Assembly: GCA_942493095.1 (NCBI GenBank)
Contig: OW818675.1
Coordinates: 480,001 to 512,000 of the forward strand
Direction of reading: 5' to 3'
DNA length: 32,000 bases
DNA from: Candidatus Electronema halotolerans
Lineage (GTDB): Bacteria; Desulfobacterota; Desulfobulbia; Desulfobulbales; Desulfobulbaceae
This document shows, piece by piece, positions 9,677 through 19,166 of the stretch (positions are counted from its first letter, which is position 1; every line of letters begins with the position of its first letter). The notes beneath the pieces were generated by a model, which was given only the letters and a program-made list of their open reading frames with translations, searched no databases and was not told where the DNA came from. Both the position numbers and the translations under genes were made by a program.

Positions 9677-11575
9677 TCAGCCCTGCTGCATCAGCTCCAA
9701 GGCCGCCTTAATGATTCCGGCAGTATCAATGCCTGCATTTTTCCAGAGCATCTGCTGCGGGGCCTGCTCCACAAACTTGCTGCCATAGCCAAGGATGCGG
9801 GCCGGAATAAGCAGATGCAGCTCGTGCAGCAGCTCCAGCACTGCGCTGCCAAAGCCGCCTTTCTTGCTGTTGTCCTCCACAGTCAGCACCCGCCCGCACC
9901 TTTCCGCCCATCTGCTGATCAGCTCGTTGTCCAAGGGCCTGATGAAACGGGGATTGATCACTGCCGCCTCAATGCCGAGCTTGGCTAATCCTTCGGCAGC
10001 CTGCAAGGCTGGATAGACTCGGTTGCCGATTGGCAGCAGGAGAATGTCCCCGCCCTCCCGGAGCAGCTCGCCCTGCCCGACTGGCAGCAGGCGCAGCTCC
10101 TCATCAAGCGGCACGCCCTCGCCGCTGCCGCGTGGATAGCGGAGGGCGCAGGGGCCGTCATGATGCAGGGCAGTGTGCAGCATAAGCCGCAGCTCGTTCT
10201 CATCCTTGGGAGCCATGACCGTCAGGCCGGGGACAAAACGAAGGAAGGAAATATCAAACACGCCATGATGGGTGGGGCCGTCGTCACCGACCACGCCGGC
10301 CCGGTCAATGGCAAAGGTCACGGGCAGGCCGGGCAGACAGACATCATGAATGACCTGATCCAAGGCGCGCTGCATAAAGCTGGAATAAATCGCCGCCACA
10401 GGCCGCATTCCAGCCAAGGCCAGTCCGGCGGCAAAGGTGACAGCGTGCTGCTCGGCAATGCCGACATCAAAAAAACGCTCCGGGAAACGCTGGCTGAACT
10501 CGATCAGACCAGTGCCTGCGGGCATGGCTGCGGTGATTGCGGCCACGCGCTGGTTTGCTGCGGCAATGGAGCACAGAGTGCTGCCGAAAACCGAGGTGTA
10601 GGACGGCGGCCCGGACGGCGGCAACGGCTGGCCGTCAGCAATGGAAAATGGCCCCAGCCCGTGATAATCACCAGGGTTTTTTTCAGCAGGCTCATAGCCC
10701 TTGCCCTTGGTGGTCAGGACATGCACCAAGACTGGGCCATGACTGCTGTCGCGGATATTCTCAAAGGTTTCCAGCAGAGCTTCCAGATCATGGCCGGGAA
10801 TCGGGCCGATGTATTCAAATTTCAGAGCCTCGAAGAGCATTCCGGGAGTGAAGAAAACTTTGAGGCTTTCCTCAGACTTACGCAGGACGCTGAGAATATT
10901 CTCGCCCACTGAGCAGAGCTTCAGCCCTTCCTCAATCTGGTCCTTGAGGCGGCGCATGGTTTTGGAAGACAGCTTCCGGCTCAGAAAACTGGACAGCGCG
11001 CCGACATTGGCCGAGATGGACATCTCATTGTCATTGAGAATGACAATGAGATTTTTGTGCAGGTCGCCGGCATGATTGAGGCCTTCAAAGGCCAGCCCGC
11101 CAGTCATGGAGCCGTCGCCAATCACGGCGATGACCCGGCTGCTGTCGCCTTGCAGGTCTTGGGCAGCGGCCAGACCAAGGCTGTAGGAAATGGAAGTGGA
11201 GCTGTGGCCGGTTTCGACCACGTCGTATTCGCTTTCCGAGCGTTTGGGGAAACCGCTCAGGCCCTGATGCTGGCGCAGGGTGTGAAACTGATCCCGGCGG
11301 CCTGTGAGCAGCTTGTGCGCGTAGCATTGATGGCCCACATCCCAGATCAGCTTGTCTTCAGGCGTGTTGAAGACATAATGGAGGGCCAAGGTCAGTTCGA
11401 CCACGCCGAGGCTGGGGGCGAGATGGCCGCCGTTCACCGCCACGGTGTTGATGATTGTCTCTCTGATTTCAGCAGCGAGCAGGTACAGCTCCTCCATGTC
11501 CAGCCCGCGCATGTCCTCAGGAGCATTGATATTTGCCAGCAGGCTGACCGCTTCTTCCACAGACGGGCTGATCAT
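9677..11575 (-). CDS. dxs: 1-deoxy-D-xylulose-5-phosphate synthase
   Basis: 632 aa; [76 protein letters not shown]. Confidence 0.96.
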   Translation of the reverse strand: MISPSVEEAVSLLANINAPEDMRGLDMEELYLLAAEIRETIINTVAVNGGHLAPSLGVVELTLALHYVFNTPEDKLIWDVGHQCYAHKLLTGRRDQFHTLRQHQGLSGFPKRSESEYDVVETGHSSTSISYSLGLAAAQDLQGDSSRVIAVIGDGSMTGGLAFEGLNHAGDLHKNLIVILNDNEMSISANVGALSSFLSRKLSSKTMRRLKDQIEEGLKLCSVGENILSVLRKSEESLKVFFTPGMLFEALKFEYIGPIPGHDLEALLETFENIRDSSHGPVLVHVLTTKGKGYEPAEKNPGDYHGLGPFSIADGQPLPPSGPPSYTSVFGSTLCSIAAANQRVAAITAAMPAGTGLIEFSQRFPERFFDVGIAEQHAVTFAAGLALAGMRPVAAIYSSFMQRALDQVIHDVCLPGLPVTFAIDRAGVVGDDGPTHHGVFDISFLRFVPGLTVMAPKDENELRLMLHTALHHDGPCALRYPRGSGEGVPLDEELRLLPVGQGELLREGGDILLLPIGNRVYPALQAAEGLAKLGIEAAVINPRFIRPLDNELISRWAERCGRVLTVEDNSKKGGFGSAVLELLHELHLLIPARILGYGSKFVEQAPQQMLWKNAGIDTAGIIKAALELMQQG

Positions 11576-11628
11576 GGCATAGTCCTTCGGTTGCAGGGAA
11601 CCGACATGGGTTTCTTGTTCAGATGCGG

Positions 11629-11877
11629 TTATTCAGCCGCCTCTTCTTTTGTCTGCAAGGCTGTCGCAAAAGGCGCGGCAGCAAGCCCGCCGTCTTGATG
11701 CAGGAGCAGTTCGACCTGACTGCCAGCCTCATCCAGCTTCTGGCTGCAAAATCGGACCAGCTGAAGTCCTTCATCAAATTTTTTCAACCCTGCGTCCAGC
11801 TCCGGCTCGCCCTGCTCCAGTTCAGCGACAATTTGCTCCAGTCTGGCCAAGGCGGCTTCAAAGGTCTTCTTTTTCAT
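11629..11877 (-). CDS. xseB: Exodeoxyribonuclease VII small subunit
   Basis: [58 protein letters not shown], the canonical XseB pattern; internal ATG at 11877 chosen. Confidence 0.9.
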   Translation of the reverse strand: MKKKTFEAALARLEQIVAELEQGEPELDAGLKKFDEGLQLVRFCSQKLDEAGSQVELLLHQDGGLAAAPFATALQTKEEAAE

Positions 11878-12110
11878 AGTTCTGTCAATGCGGCGCATCT
11901 TGTCTTTGCAGGGAGCAAACATGCCCCTGCTGCGGCCAAATATTGTAAACCGGATGCCGCTGACTTTCAACTCCTTGTTGGGAATGCAGGCAGCAGGCCT
12001 GCTTGCTCCGCGCAAAAAACAGTTGAGTTCAGCGGCAGTCAATGGTTTATTAGCAGCCCAAGACAAAATGCAGTTTTTTCCATAAAACAGAATTGCGGAG
12101 GCATGAGCAG

Positions 12111-12575
12111 ATGAGTGAGGAAAATAAGGTAAATCAGCAGAATATTCCGGTATTTCGGATGCAGAAGATGTACATCAAGGACCTGTCTTTTGAAAATCCC
12201 AATGCCCCGCAGATATTCCTGCCCCAAGGTCAGGAGGCCAAGGTGGATTTCAATCTCCAGCTCAACAACAGACAGGTGGATGACGACCACTATGAGGTCT
12301 CGATTTCGGTCACGGCCAAGGTGATGGATCAGAAAGCGGATGACACCGTCATGTTTGTGATTGAGCTGGAGCATGCAGCCGTCTTTTTGCTCAAGAACAT
12401 CCCAGCAGAGCATGTTCAGCGGGTGCTGGCTGTCGATTGTCCGCTGATGCTCTTTCCCTTCACCCGCCAGATCGCCTCGCAGCTTGCTGTGGATGGCGGC
12501 TTCCTGCCTTTCCTGATGGAGCCGATCAACTTTCTCGCCCTCCACGAGCAGCGGCAGCAGAAAAAGGCTTCCTGA
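12111..12575 (+). CDS. secB: Protein-export chaperone SecB
   Basis: FRMQKMYIKDLSFENPNAPQIF...AKVDFNLQLNNRQVDDDHYEVSISVTAKV...LFPFTRQIASQLAVDGGFLPFLMEPINFLALHEQR is SecB-like; start taken at MSEENK (12111). Confidence 0.88.
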   Translation: MSEENKVNQQNIPVFRMQKMYIKDLSFENPNAPQIFLPQGQEAKVDFNLQLNNRQVDDDHYEVSISVTAKVMDQKADDTVMFVIELEHAAVFLLKNIPAEHVQRVLAVDCPLMLFPFTRQIASQLAVDGGFLPFLMEPINFLALHEQRQQKKAS

Positions 12576-12606
12576 ACGAATCTGGTGGCTGTTGGCGGCA
12601 AAAGAG

Positions 12607-12642
12607 AAAGAGCCGGACACCAACCGTGTCCGGCTCTTTTTT
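12607..12642. terminator. Bidirectional rho-independent terminator between secB and the convergent lipoprotein gene
   Basis: 14 bp perfect stem aaagagccggacac / gtgtccggctcttt (12607-12620 / 12626-12639), 5 nt loop, T-rich on both strands. Confidence 0.9.
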
Positions 12643-12664
12643 CTGGCAACGTTCTGTTTGGCAG

Positions 12665-13723
12665 TCAGGGCTGCTGCCGGGCCATGCCGTAGGTGACAAA
12701 ATCGTCAATCAAGGAGCTGGCCGCCTTTTTCACTGCCTGATCAAACAGATCATCATACTGGTTGTCCGCCAGCACCGACTCCGGCGCCACCCGCACTTCA
12801 ACCCGGTTGCTCCAGATCACTTGGGCATCATAGGCATCCTGCACCCATATCCGCATCTGGACAACCGCCTGATCAACTTGGCCGCTGTGCGTGGCCATGT
12901 CACCCAGCGCGCCGCCTGCCACAGACCAGACTATGGTGTTGGCTCCCTTGCCGCCGCTCACCCCGAAAAAGCCATTCGAGTCATCCGCATCCCACGGCCA
13001 GTCCGCATTGCTGCCCAGAGCGGCTCCCCATGCGCCGCCTGCAACTTTATTGCCCAAATTGTCATAGCGTTCTGAATCAGCAAAACCAAAGGCGATTCGG
13101 CTGGTTGTGCCGGTGACAAAAGGGATGATGCCGCGCTTCCGAGGATCCCAGCTGTGCTCCTGCCGGGTTCTGAATTCGAGAATCCGGCCCCGGATGATGT
13201 AGTCAGCCCCAAAATTTCGGCCAATTCTTACAACTTCCTGCGGAGTCAGGCCATGTGTGCCAGGACTGTCAACCGCAGGATTCCTGCCGCCAACCTGCTG
13301 CATGGCCTGCAAGTCAATGTAGGATCTGAGCTTCTCCTTCATTACATCGGACCAGTCAGGATCCTCCAGCTCGCTGGCAAGTGAGGATGAGCCGACATTG
13401 TTCTCGCTATAGGGCGCAAGGTTAATAATTTTCTGTTCAACCAGATGCTGAAAAACATCTTCCTGCACCGGCAGCACAAAGCCGTTGCGGCGCAGACTGT
13501 CGGTCAACGATTCCGTGATCAGCAGGTTGCGGCGGAAGGCCGAGGCAATGCGGTCGCCGCTGCTGTAGTCAGCAAAAGGCAGAATAACTGCAGTCTGTCC
13601 CCTGCCTTGCGCATCAGGTTTTTCTCCATGCGGGACCATGATGGTCTCCACCTTTGTTTGTCCGCAGCCAGCCAGCATTCCCGCCGCCAGCACTCCGATG
13701 GACAAATATTTCAACAGGCTCAT
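12665..13723 (-). CDS. Predicted lipoprotein, possibly CsgG-like, at the end of the pilus assembly cluster
   Basis: Signal plus lipobox SIGVLAAGMLAGCGQ; AVILPFADYSSGDRIASAFRRNLLITESLTDSLRRNGF and GADYIIRGRILEF resemble CsgG/FlgO-like outer-membrane lipoproteins. Confidence 0.6.
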   Translation of the reverse strand: MSLLKYLSIGVLAAGMLAGCGQTKVETIMVPHGEKPDAQGRGQTAVILPFADYSSGDRIASAFRRNLLITESLTDSLRRNGFVLPVQEDVFQHLVEQKIINLAPYSENNVGSSSLASELEDPDWSDVMKEKLRSYIDLQAMQQVGGRNPAVDSPGTHGLTPQEVVRIGRNFGADYIIRGRILEFRTRQEHSWDPRKRGIIPFVTGTTSRIAFGFADSERYDNLGNKVAGGAWGAALGSNADWPWDADDSNGFFGVSGGKGANTIVWSVAGGALGDMATHSGQVDQAVVQMRIWVQDAYDAQVIWSNRVEVRVAPESVLADNQYDDLFDQAVKKAASSLIDDFVTYGMARQQP

Positions 13724-13754
13724 AGTTGCTCCCTGATAAAGGATAATTCTCTGA

Positions 13755-15734
13755 TTAGATGATGCGCGGACGCAGGAGAATGATCAGCTCACGTTTGATT
13801 TTCTTTTTCTCTTCATAGCCGAACAGGTATTTCAGATAGGGGATGTTTTCAGTGCCATGAATGAAATCTCCGTCCTTGCTTTCTGTTTCGCTGATCAGGC
13901 CGCCGACCACGAGCATGGAGCCATTTTTGATTTTCACAGTGGTGCTCATCTCCCGTTTGTTGACCACGGGCAGACCGACCTTGCCTTCGCCGACCGTGAC
14001 ATACTCAATTGGCTCAGTGAGTTCCGAAGTTATCGGCACCAGATTCATGACAATTTCATCGTTGTCTTTGACCACTGCTGACAGAGCCAGCCCCACCCCG
14101 GACAGCAGTTGCTCTGTCTCAACCTTAAAGGTGGTCTTCTGATCTTCTGTTGTCGATTCAATGCCTTTGATGAAAGTCACCTCACGGCCCACTGAAAGCA
14201 GGGCCGGCTGGCCGTTCATGACACTAATTTTCGGATTGGAAAGAATCGAGGTCTGCCCCTGCGACTTGAGCGCGTTGATGAAGGAGTCAAAGGAGAAATT
14301 GTTGATCGCAATTCCGGCAGTAGCCACATTTGCAGCCCCGCCTGTGATCAGCGTGGCAATGGTGCTGGCCCCGGTGGTTCCCATGGACAGCGCATCCGAG
14401 AGAGTGCGGGTGATGGTTTGGTCGCTGCTGCTGCCGCTGGCGGCAGCGTATAAGCTGTCAGAATCAACATCATTTCCTGATGTTTGAAAACCGTTGGAAT
14501 CAGTTTCACCTGATAAGCCAAGTGAACTGTTTTCTGTATTTGTATAATCACTGCTGTCGCTCAAAATCGTAGTGTTATTTTCACCAGATGAACTTGTGCC
14601 ATTCCAATCTGTTGTTGTGTCCGAACGGGTGTCAGAGTGAGTGTTGGAGAACGTTCTGCCTTTCTCGTCAAGGTCTTGGCGGTCTTTGCTGTAATAGCTG
14701 CTTCCCGCCAGAGATGCTCCTTGGAAGCTCAAGTTCTTCAGCAGGGTGTTCCAGTTGATGCCGAGCGACGAGCTGTCTTGGAGCTGCACCTCGATAATTT
14801 TCGCCTCAATAGTGATCTGCTTGTACAGCTCCTTCTCCAATGTGTTGAAATAGTCGGAAATTCTTTTCTGAAGCGACTTCGGCGCATGAACTGTCACCAA
14901 ACCAATGGGCCGGTCAATGGTGTACGTGGAGTCGGTTGAGGAAACTCGGCGTGACAGCGGCGCAGGCGTGACAGCCTCATCCCCTCCTGCTTTTTTAGCA
15001 GCAGCAGCAGCATCCTTTTTGTCATCTTTCGCTACCGCTGCCGATTCCTGAGTTGGCGTGATGATGCTCGAACTCCAGGTGGCAATGAGGCTGTCAAGAT
15101 TCTTCTGAATATTCTCCCAGATATCAAACTTGTTCCCTTTGCTGTCAATGCGCACGTCGCTGCCGAATGAATTGCCGCCAACACCAGCATTGTACTCTTG
15201 TTTGATAAACGGCATGGCCATATGATACTGCTTGGTCTCGCGATACTTGATGACCATAGTCGAGCCTTCCATTTCATGGAAGTAATCCAACTGACGGAGA
15301 ATATTGTCAATTGCCTCGTAAAAGTTGTCATTCGGATTCACGTCAACGTCAACAAGCAGATCCTGATTGACATCGCTGGCCCAGCTCAGACTCATATTTT
15401 TATTTTTGACAATCGCCTTCATCGCCTCCCGCAACGGGATCGGCTGGCGGGTGGTGATTTTCGCGCCGACTTTGAGCTGAAGCTCCTCAAGAGAAGCATC
15501 GCTGCCACTGATATCTGAAGTTGTGTCCTTGTCTTCGCTGATCATGTAGCCAGTGCGCTGAAAACGGTTCGGCAGCAGGGCAGGTTCAATCACAGTGCGA
15601 TGCTGAACATTTTCTGCCGCCTCATGCGATGCTGCTGTCTCCGTTTTTTTATCTTTCTCCACACAGGAAGAGAGCAGAAGCAGTGAAACAGCAGCCGCAA
15701 AAATGCCGCACAGCAGGCGCAGAGAGAGGTTCAT
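13755..15734 (-). CDS. mshL: Pilus (MSHA/type IV type) secretin, MshL/PilQ-like
   Basis: Lipoprotein signal (LLLLSSCVEK), STN/N0-like region, secretin core TILSNPKISVMNGQPALLSVGREVTFIKGIE, VNKREMSTTVKIKNGSMLVVGGLI, and C-terminal IPYLKYLFGYEEKKKIKRELIILLRPRII. Confidence 0.88.
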   Translation of the reverse strand: MNLSLRLLCGIFAAAVSLLLLSSCVEKDKKTETAASHEAAENVQHRTVIEPALLPNRFQRTGYMISEDKDTTSDISGSDASLEELQLKVGAKITTRQPIPLREAMKAIVKNKNMSLSWASDVNQDLLVDVDVNPNDNFYEAIDNILRQLDYFHEMEGSTMVIKYRETKQYHMAMPFIKQEYNAGVGGNSFGSDVRIDSKGNKFDIWENIQKNLDSLIATWSSSIITPTQESAAVAKDDKKDAAAAAKKAGGDEAVTPAPLSRRVSSTDSTYTIDRPIGLVTVHAPKSLQKRISDYFNTLEKELYKQITIEAKIIEVQLQDSSSLGINWNTLLKNLSFQGASLAGSSYYSKDRQDLDEKGRTFSNTHSDTRSDTTTDWNGTSSSGENNTTILSDSSDYTNTENSSLGLSGETDSNGFQTSGNDVDSDSLYAAASGSSSDQTITRTLSDALSMGTTGASTIATLITGGAANVATAGIAINNFSFDSFINALKSQGQTSILSNPKISVMNGQPALLSVGREVTFIKGIESTTEDQKTTFKVETEQLLSGVGLALSAVVKDNDEIVMNLVPITSELTEPIEYVTVGEGKVGLPVVNKREMSTTVKIKNGSMLVVGGLISETESKDGDFIHGTENIPYLKYLFGYEEKKKIKRELIILLRPRII

Positions 15735-15754
15735 TGCACTTTCCTCTGATTATT

Positions 15755-17461
15755 TTAGTTGGTGGATTGGGTTCTGGCCAAAATGAACGCTCTCAGGTCC
15801 TGAGGAACGCTGAAGCCAGCATGCAGAATCGCTGTATAAACTTGTTCCGCTTCTGTCCGGCGGCCCTGCTGATCAAGAATACGGGCACGGGCCACCATGG
15901 AATCCAAATTTTCTCCATACAGCTCGTTGTATTTGCTCAAAAGACGGAGCGCGGCCTCGTATTTCCCCAACCGCTCACTGAAGACCGCATAATTGAACAA
16001 GGCCTCCCGGCTTGGCTTGCCGATGCTGATGCTCTGATCAAAATACTGCTGGGCCTGACCATTCTCTTCCATATTGGCATAGCCGACAGCCGCATTTAAG
16101 GCAGCACTGCTGTTCTTCTTATCAGCAGCAAGAGCTTTTTTGGCAAAATAAACAGCCTTGGCATTTTGATGCAGTTCAGCTAAATAAATGGCGGCAACTT
16201 TGTTGGCCAGCTTGCTTTTTTCCTTCTTTTCCGGCCATTTTTCCAAAGCCTTGCCGTAGAGATGAACAGCAGTTTCCAGCTCACCGCTTTTTTCAGCTTT
16301 GATCGCCTGCGCCAAAAACTTTTTCGCTTCAATCACCTCTGCCGACTGCTGCGTCTGCCCCTCCCCGCTGATGACAATGACACCTTCTTTGTCCTTGTCC
16401 TTTTCAGGACTGACCTGATCAATAACCAGACTTGATTCATCAGCCCGCTTTGGCCAGACAAACTCTTTGTCTTTCGGATAAATGACAATGGTGTTATACT
16501 GCTGCTGCTTGGCCAAGTCTTTAAGATTAAGGATAATATCCAAGGCGAAATCCCAAGGGACATCACTCAGGGAGAGCGTCAGGGTGCCGGACACGCCCTC
16601 AGCCACGACGATGTTGTAGCCGCTGATCTCGCCCAGCATGCGAAAAACATTATGCAAATCAATCTTATAGAAATCAACGCTGATCAGTTTGCTGTCTCCG
16701 TCGGTTCCGAACGAATTCGGTGCCATATTATTTGAGGAGGCAGAGGTGCTCTTGTTGTTTTTTCTATCAGTTCGCAGCGGATCAATTTTTGGGATTTGAA
16801 CCATTGCCATATTGCTTGGCCCTGATCCTGCCGCCGCTTTGTCAGCCGCAGGAGCCGCTTCTTTCTCCGCGCCTGCTGAGGCATTTTTTTCTGCCGCAGA
16901 CGCATCATCATTCTTCTTGAAAAAGTTTTCAATGCGCAGAACGACAGCATTCCCCTCGACCTTGGTCGAATAGGAGTCAAAAGGTTCAGGCAGAGTGAAC
17001 GCAAAGCGTGTCCCTTGAAGCTGGGCATCACTGAGTGCTTTGATATTCAAATCAATATGAAATTTTTCAGGCAGCTTCAGATCATTCTGTTCCCGCGCTT
17101 CAGCATCGGCAATATCGACGAAGATGCCTTTTCTGCCGCTTCCAGGCTGCTCAAGAGATGTCTGCACTGGCACATTGCTGCAATGCAGGGTGATTTCCAA
17201 ACTTTTTTCAACCTGCTCCGCGCTGATTTTTTCTATGACGTTTTTCTGCTGACTTGCCTGATTTTCAGATGCCTCAGCACTTTCTTGCGCAACTTGCTCC
17301 TGCTTTTGCGCAGCAGATTCGGTCTGTTCCTGCGCCGCCGCCTGTAGCGGCATTCCAAACAGCAACGCACCGGCGGCAATCACAGCTGCCAGAGAAAGAC
17401 TATGGCAATGCTTATGCCGTATATTTCTATGTTTCTTTTCAACCACAACAGAATGCGGCAT
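15755..17461 (-). CDS. AMIN-like plus STN (secretin N0) domain protein with C-terminal TPR repeats
   Basis: Signal-peptide-like N-terminus; VDFYKIDLHNVFRMLGEISGYNIVVAEGVSGTLTLSLSDVPWDFALDIIL (PilQ-type STN); tandem helical repeats AVHLYGKALEKWPEK..., AVYFAKKALAADKKNSSAALNAAVGYANMEENGQAQQYFDQSI...; no secretin core. Confidence 0.75.
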   Translation of the reverse strand: MPHSVVVEKKHRNIRHKHCHSLSLAAVIAAGALLFGMPLQAAAQEQTESAAQKQEQVAQESAEASENQASQQKNVIEKISAEQVEKSLEITLHCSNVPVQTSLEQPGSGRKGIFVDIADAEAREQNDLKLPEKFHIDLNIKALSDAQLQGTRFAFTLPEPFDSYSTKVEGNAVVLRIENFFKKNDDASAAEKNASAGAEKEAAPAADKAAAGSGPSNMAMVQIPKIDPLRTDRKNNKSTSASSNNMAPNSFGTDGDSKLISVDFYKIDLHNVFRMLGEISGYNIVVAEGVSGTLTLSLSDVPWDFALDIILNLKDLAKQQQYNTIVIYPKDKEFVWPKRADESSLVIDQVSPEKDKDKEGVIVISGEGQTQQSAEVIEAKKFLAQAIKAEKSGELETAVHLYGKALEKWPEKKEKSKLANKVAAIYLAELHQNAKAVYFAKKALAADKKNSSAALNAAVGYANMEENGQAQQYFDQSISIGKPSREALFNYAVFSERLGKYEAALRLLSKYNELYGENLDSMVARARILDQQGRRTEAEQVYTAILHAGFSVPQDLRAFILARTQSTN

Positions 17462-17462
17462 C

Positions 17463-17900
17463 TTATTTGCCTCCGTCTTGCTGCAGGCGCAGTGCTATCT
17501 TTTTAACAACAGTCCCACGCTGGTTTGTGTATGTTTCCTCAAGCAGCACCTGCCCTGCTTCAATCCTTGCAACTGTGGCGTAACTGCCGACTGGCGTGCC
17601 CTCCTGGAGAACATATCCTTTGCCTGTTACATCTTCAGCCATTGCTTTCCAGCCATCTTGAGCACGAATTATTGCCGCAAGTTTAAGCTGGCCCGGTTCA
17701 AGCGGCACTCCGCCACGGTCCTGCTGCGGTATTGCTGCCAAAGGCTCAATGTTGCCTTTCGGCTGAATAAATGGAAAAAAAGGATCAGAACGTTCATCTG
17801 CCGGATAGGCATATTTTTTATTCAGCTCAACAGCACCGAATGAGACTGCGCTGAAACATGGCAAAAGTATTGTCAAGACAACAAAATATTTTTTCCACAT
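17463..17900 (-). CDS. pilP: PilP-like pilus assembly protein (second, downstream copy)
   Basis: 145 aa with signal peptide; RSDPFFPFI, LEPGQLKLAAIIRAQDGWKAMAEDVTGKGYVLQEGTPVG...GQVLLEE. Confidence 0.72.
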   Translation of the reverse strand: MWKKYFVVLTILLPCFSAVSFGAVELNKKYAYPADERSDPFFPFIQPKGNIEPLAAIPQQDRGGVPLEPGQLKLAAIIRAQDGWKAMAEDVTGKGYVLQEGTPVGSYATVARIEAGQVLLEETYTNQRGTVVKKIALRLQQDGGK

Positions 17901-17938
17901 GACTCGTGTTTCCTTTTAATCTCCGCCTTTAGAAATAA

Positions 17939-18481
17939 TCATCTCTTCTTATCTTCGTCTCTATTCAAACGCATGATTATTTTATTCTGAATAATTCTGC
18001 CGGATTGGGTTTTGCGTGTTTCATCAATGACAACCTGGCCGCTTTCTATATCAATAATCTGCCCGTATGCGCCAATTGGCATATCTTTTTGCAGCATATA
18101 TCCTTTTCCGGTGACATCTTCAGCCATAGCTATTTTTCCATCAGGCGTGTCCATAACTGCAACAAGTTTTAGCTGGCCAGGTTCAAATAGCTGCATGCCA
18201 GTCAGTATCCTTCCTTTTTCTTCAACAATTTTATCTCCTTTATTTTTCTGCGCCAGCTCTTTGGAGAGAAATGGATAGAACGGATCAGGACGGGCATCTA
18301 ATTTATATTCAAATTTTCTGTTTTCCCATGCTGCCTGCTCTTGGTCATCTCCTTGAGATTGAGTTGCGGCATCATTCTGCGCCATTACAGGAGGCGGCAA
18401 TATGCCGCATGTCCAAACGACAGCACACAACAGCAGTGCTGCAAGAATAGCTTTTTGTGCTGACAACAACTTGCGCATCAT
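17939..18481 (-). CDS. pilP: PilP-like pilus assembly protein (first copy)
   Basis: 180 aa; RPDPFYPFL, FEPGQLKLVAVMDTPDGKIAMAEDVTGKGYMLQKDMPIGAYGQIIDIESGQVVIDE; located directly after pilO. Confidence 0.82.
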   Translation of the reverse strand: MMRKLLSAQKAILAALLLCAVVWTCGILPPPVMAQNDAATQSQGDDQEQAAWENRKFEYKLDARPDPFYPFLSKELAQKNKGDKIVEEKGRILTGMQLFEPGQLKLVAVMDTPDGKIAMAEDVTGKGYMLQKDMPIGAYGQIIDIESGQVVIDETRKTQSGRIIQNKIIMRLNRDEDKKR

Positions 18482-19149
18482 TTTTTCTTCTTTTTCTTGT
18501 CGTCCGGCTTTGCTTCGGAAGGCTCCTGCTGACGATAGGTCAGCAAATTGCAGGAGGATTTAAGCAGAATTTCTCCTTCTGTTTCTTTAGGATTGCCCAT
18601 TTTTATATTGTCAACAGTGACCAACCGTTCCAGTCCGCTGACTTCACCAAGAAAATACCCTATGTTATGATAAGGCCCAAGCAGTTCAATGCTGATGGGT
18701 ATTTCGGCATAAAAATCTTTAGGCACGTCATTGCCAGGTTTGAAGGAGACGAAATCCAAACCAGCCCTTTTGCCAAGATCAGATATATTGGTCAACAAGT
18801 CGGGGATTTCTTTCCCTTTTGGCAGCAGCTTGGAAATTTCCTCAAATTTCTTTTTCGTTTCAGCAAGTTCCTGTTCATGCTGATTCTTCTTGCTTGAGGC
18901 CTCTTCAGCTTTACCAACTTCCTCTTGCAGTTTTTTCTGTGTGGCGGTCAGCTTGTCAATCTCCTCAGTTTTCGGAGTGTAAACAAGAAAATAAAAAGCA
19001 GCAAGCATTGCTATGACAATTCCAGCCGCAACAGCAATCTTGACATTTTTCTTCTGGGGGATATATTTTTTCTCAACAAACTCATCATACTGCGCGGCAA
19101 AACTTTTTTTTTCGGCAGAGGAGGAGTTTTTAGAACTCTTAGGTGCCAT
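18478..19149 (-). CDS. pilO: Type IV pilus inner-membrane assembly protein PilO
   Basis: 223 aa; one N-terminal TM helix, coiled coil, LPKGKEIPDLLTNISDLGKRAGLDFVSFKPG; syntenic position after pilN; overlaps the pilP start. Confidence 0.88.
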   Translation of the reverse strand: MAPKSSKNSSSAEKKSFAAQYDEFVEKKYIPQKKNVKIAVAAGIVIAMLAAFYFLVYTPKTEEIDKLTATQKKLQEEVGKAEEASSKKNQHEQELAETKKKFEEISKLLPKGKEIPDLLTNISDLGKRAGLDFVSFKPGNDVPKDFYAEIPISIELLGPYHNIGYFLGEVSGLERLVTVDNIKMGNPKETEGEILLKSSCNLLTYRQQEPSEAKPDDKKKKKK

Positions 19150-19166
19150 AATTTCTTATGCTGTTA

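Noticed and set aside
9677-11877. dxs directly adjacent to xseB with no ispA between them
   Set aside because: This is a common local rearrangement; ispA is probably elsewhere, and nothing here indicates a new function.
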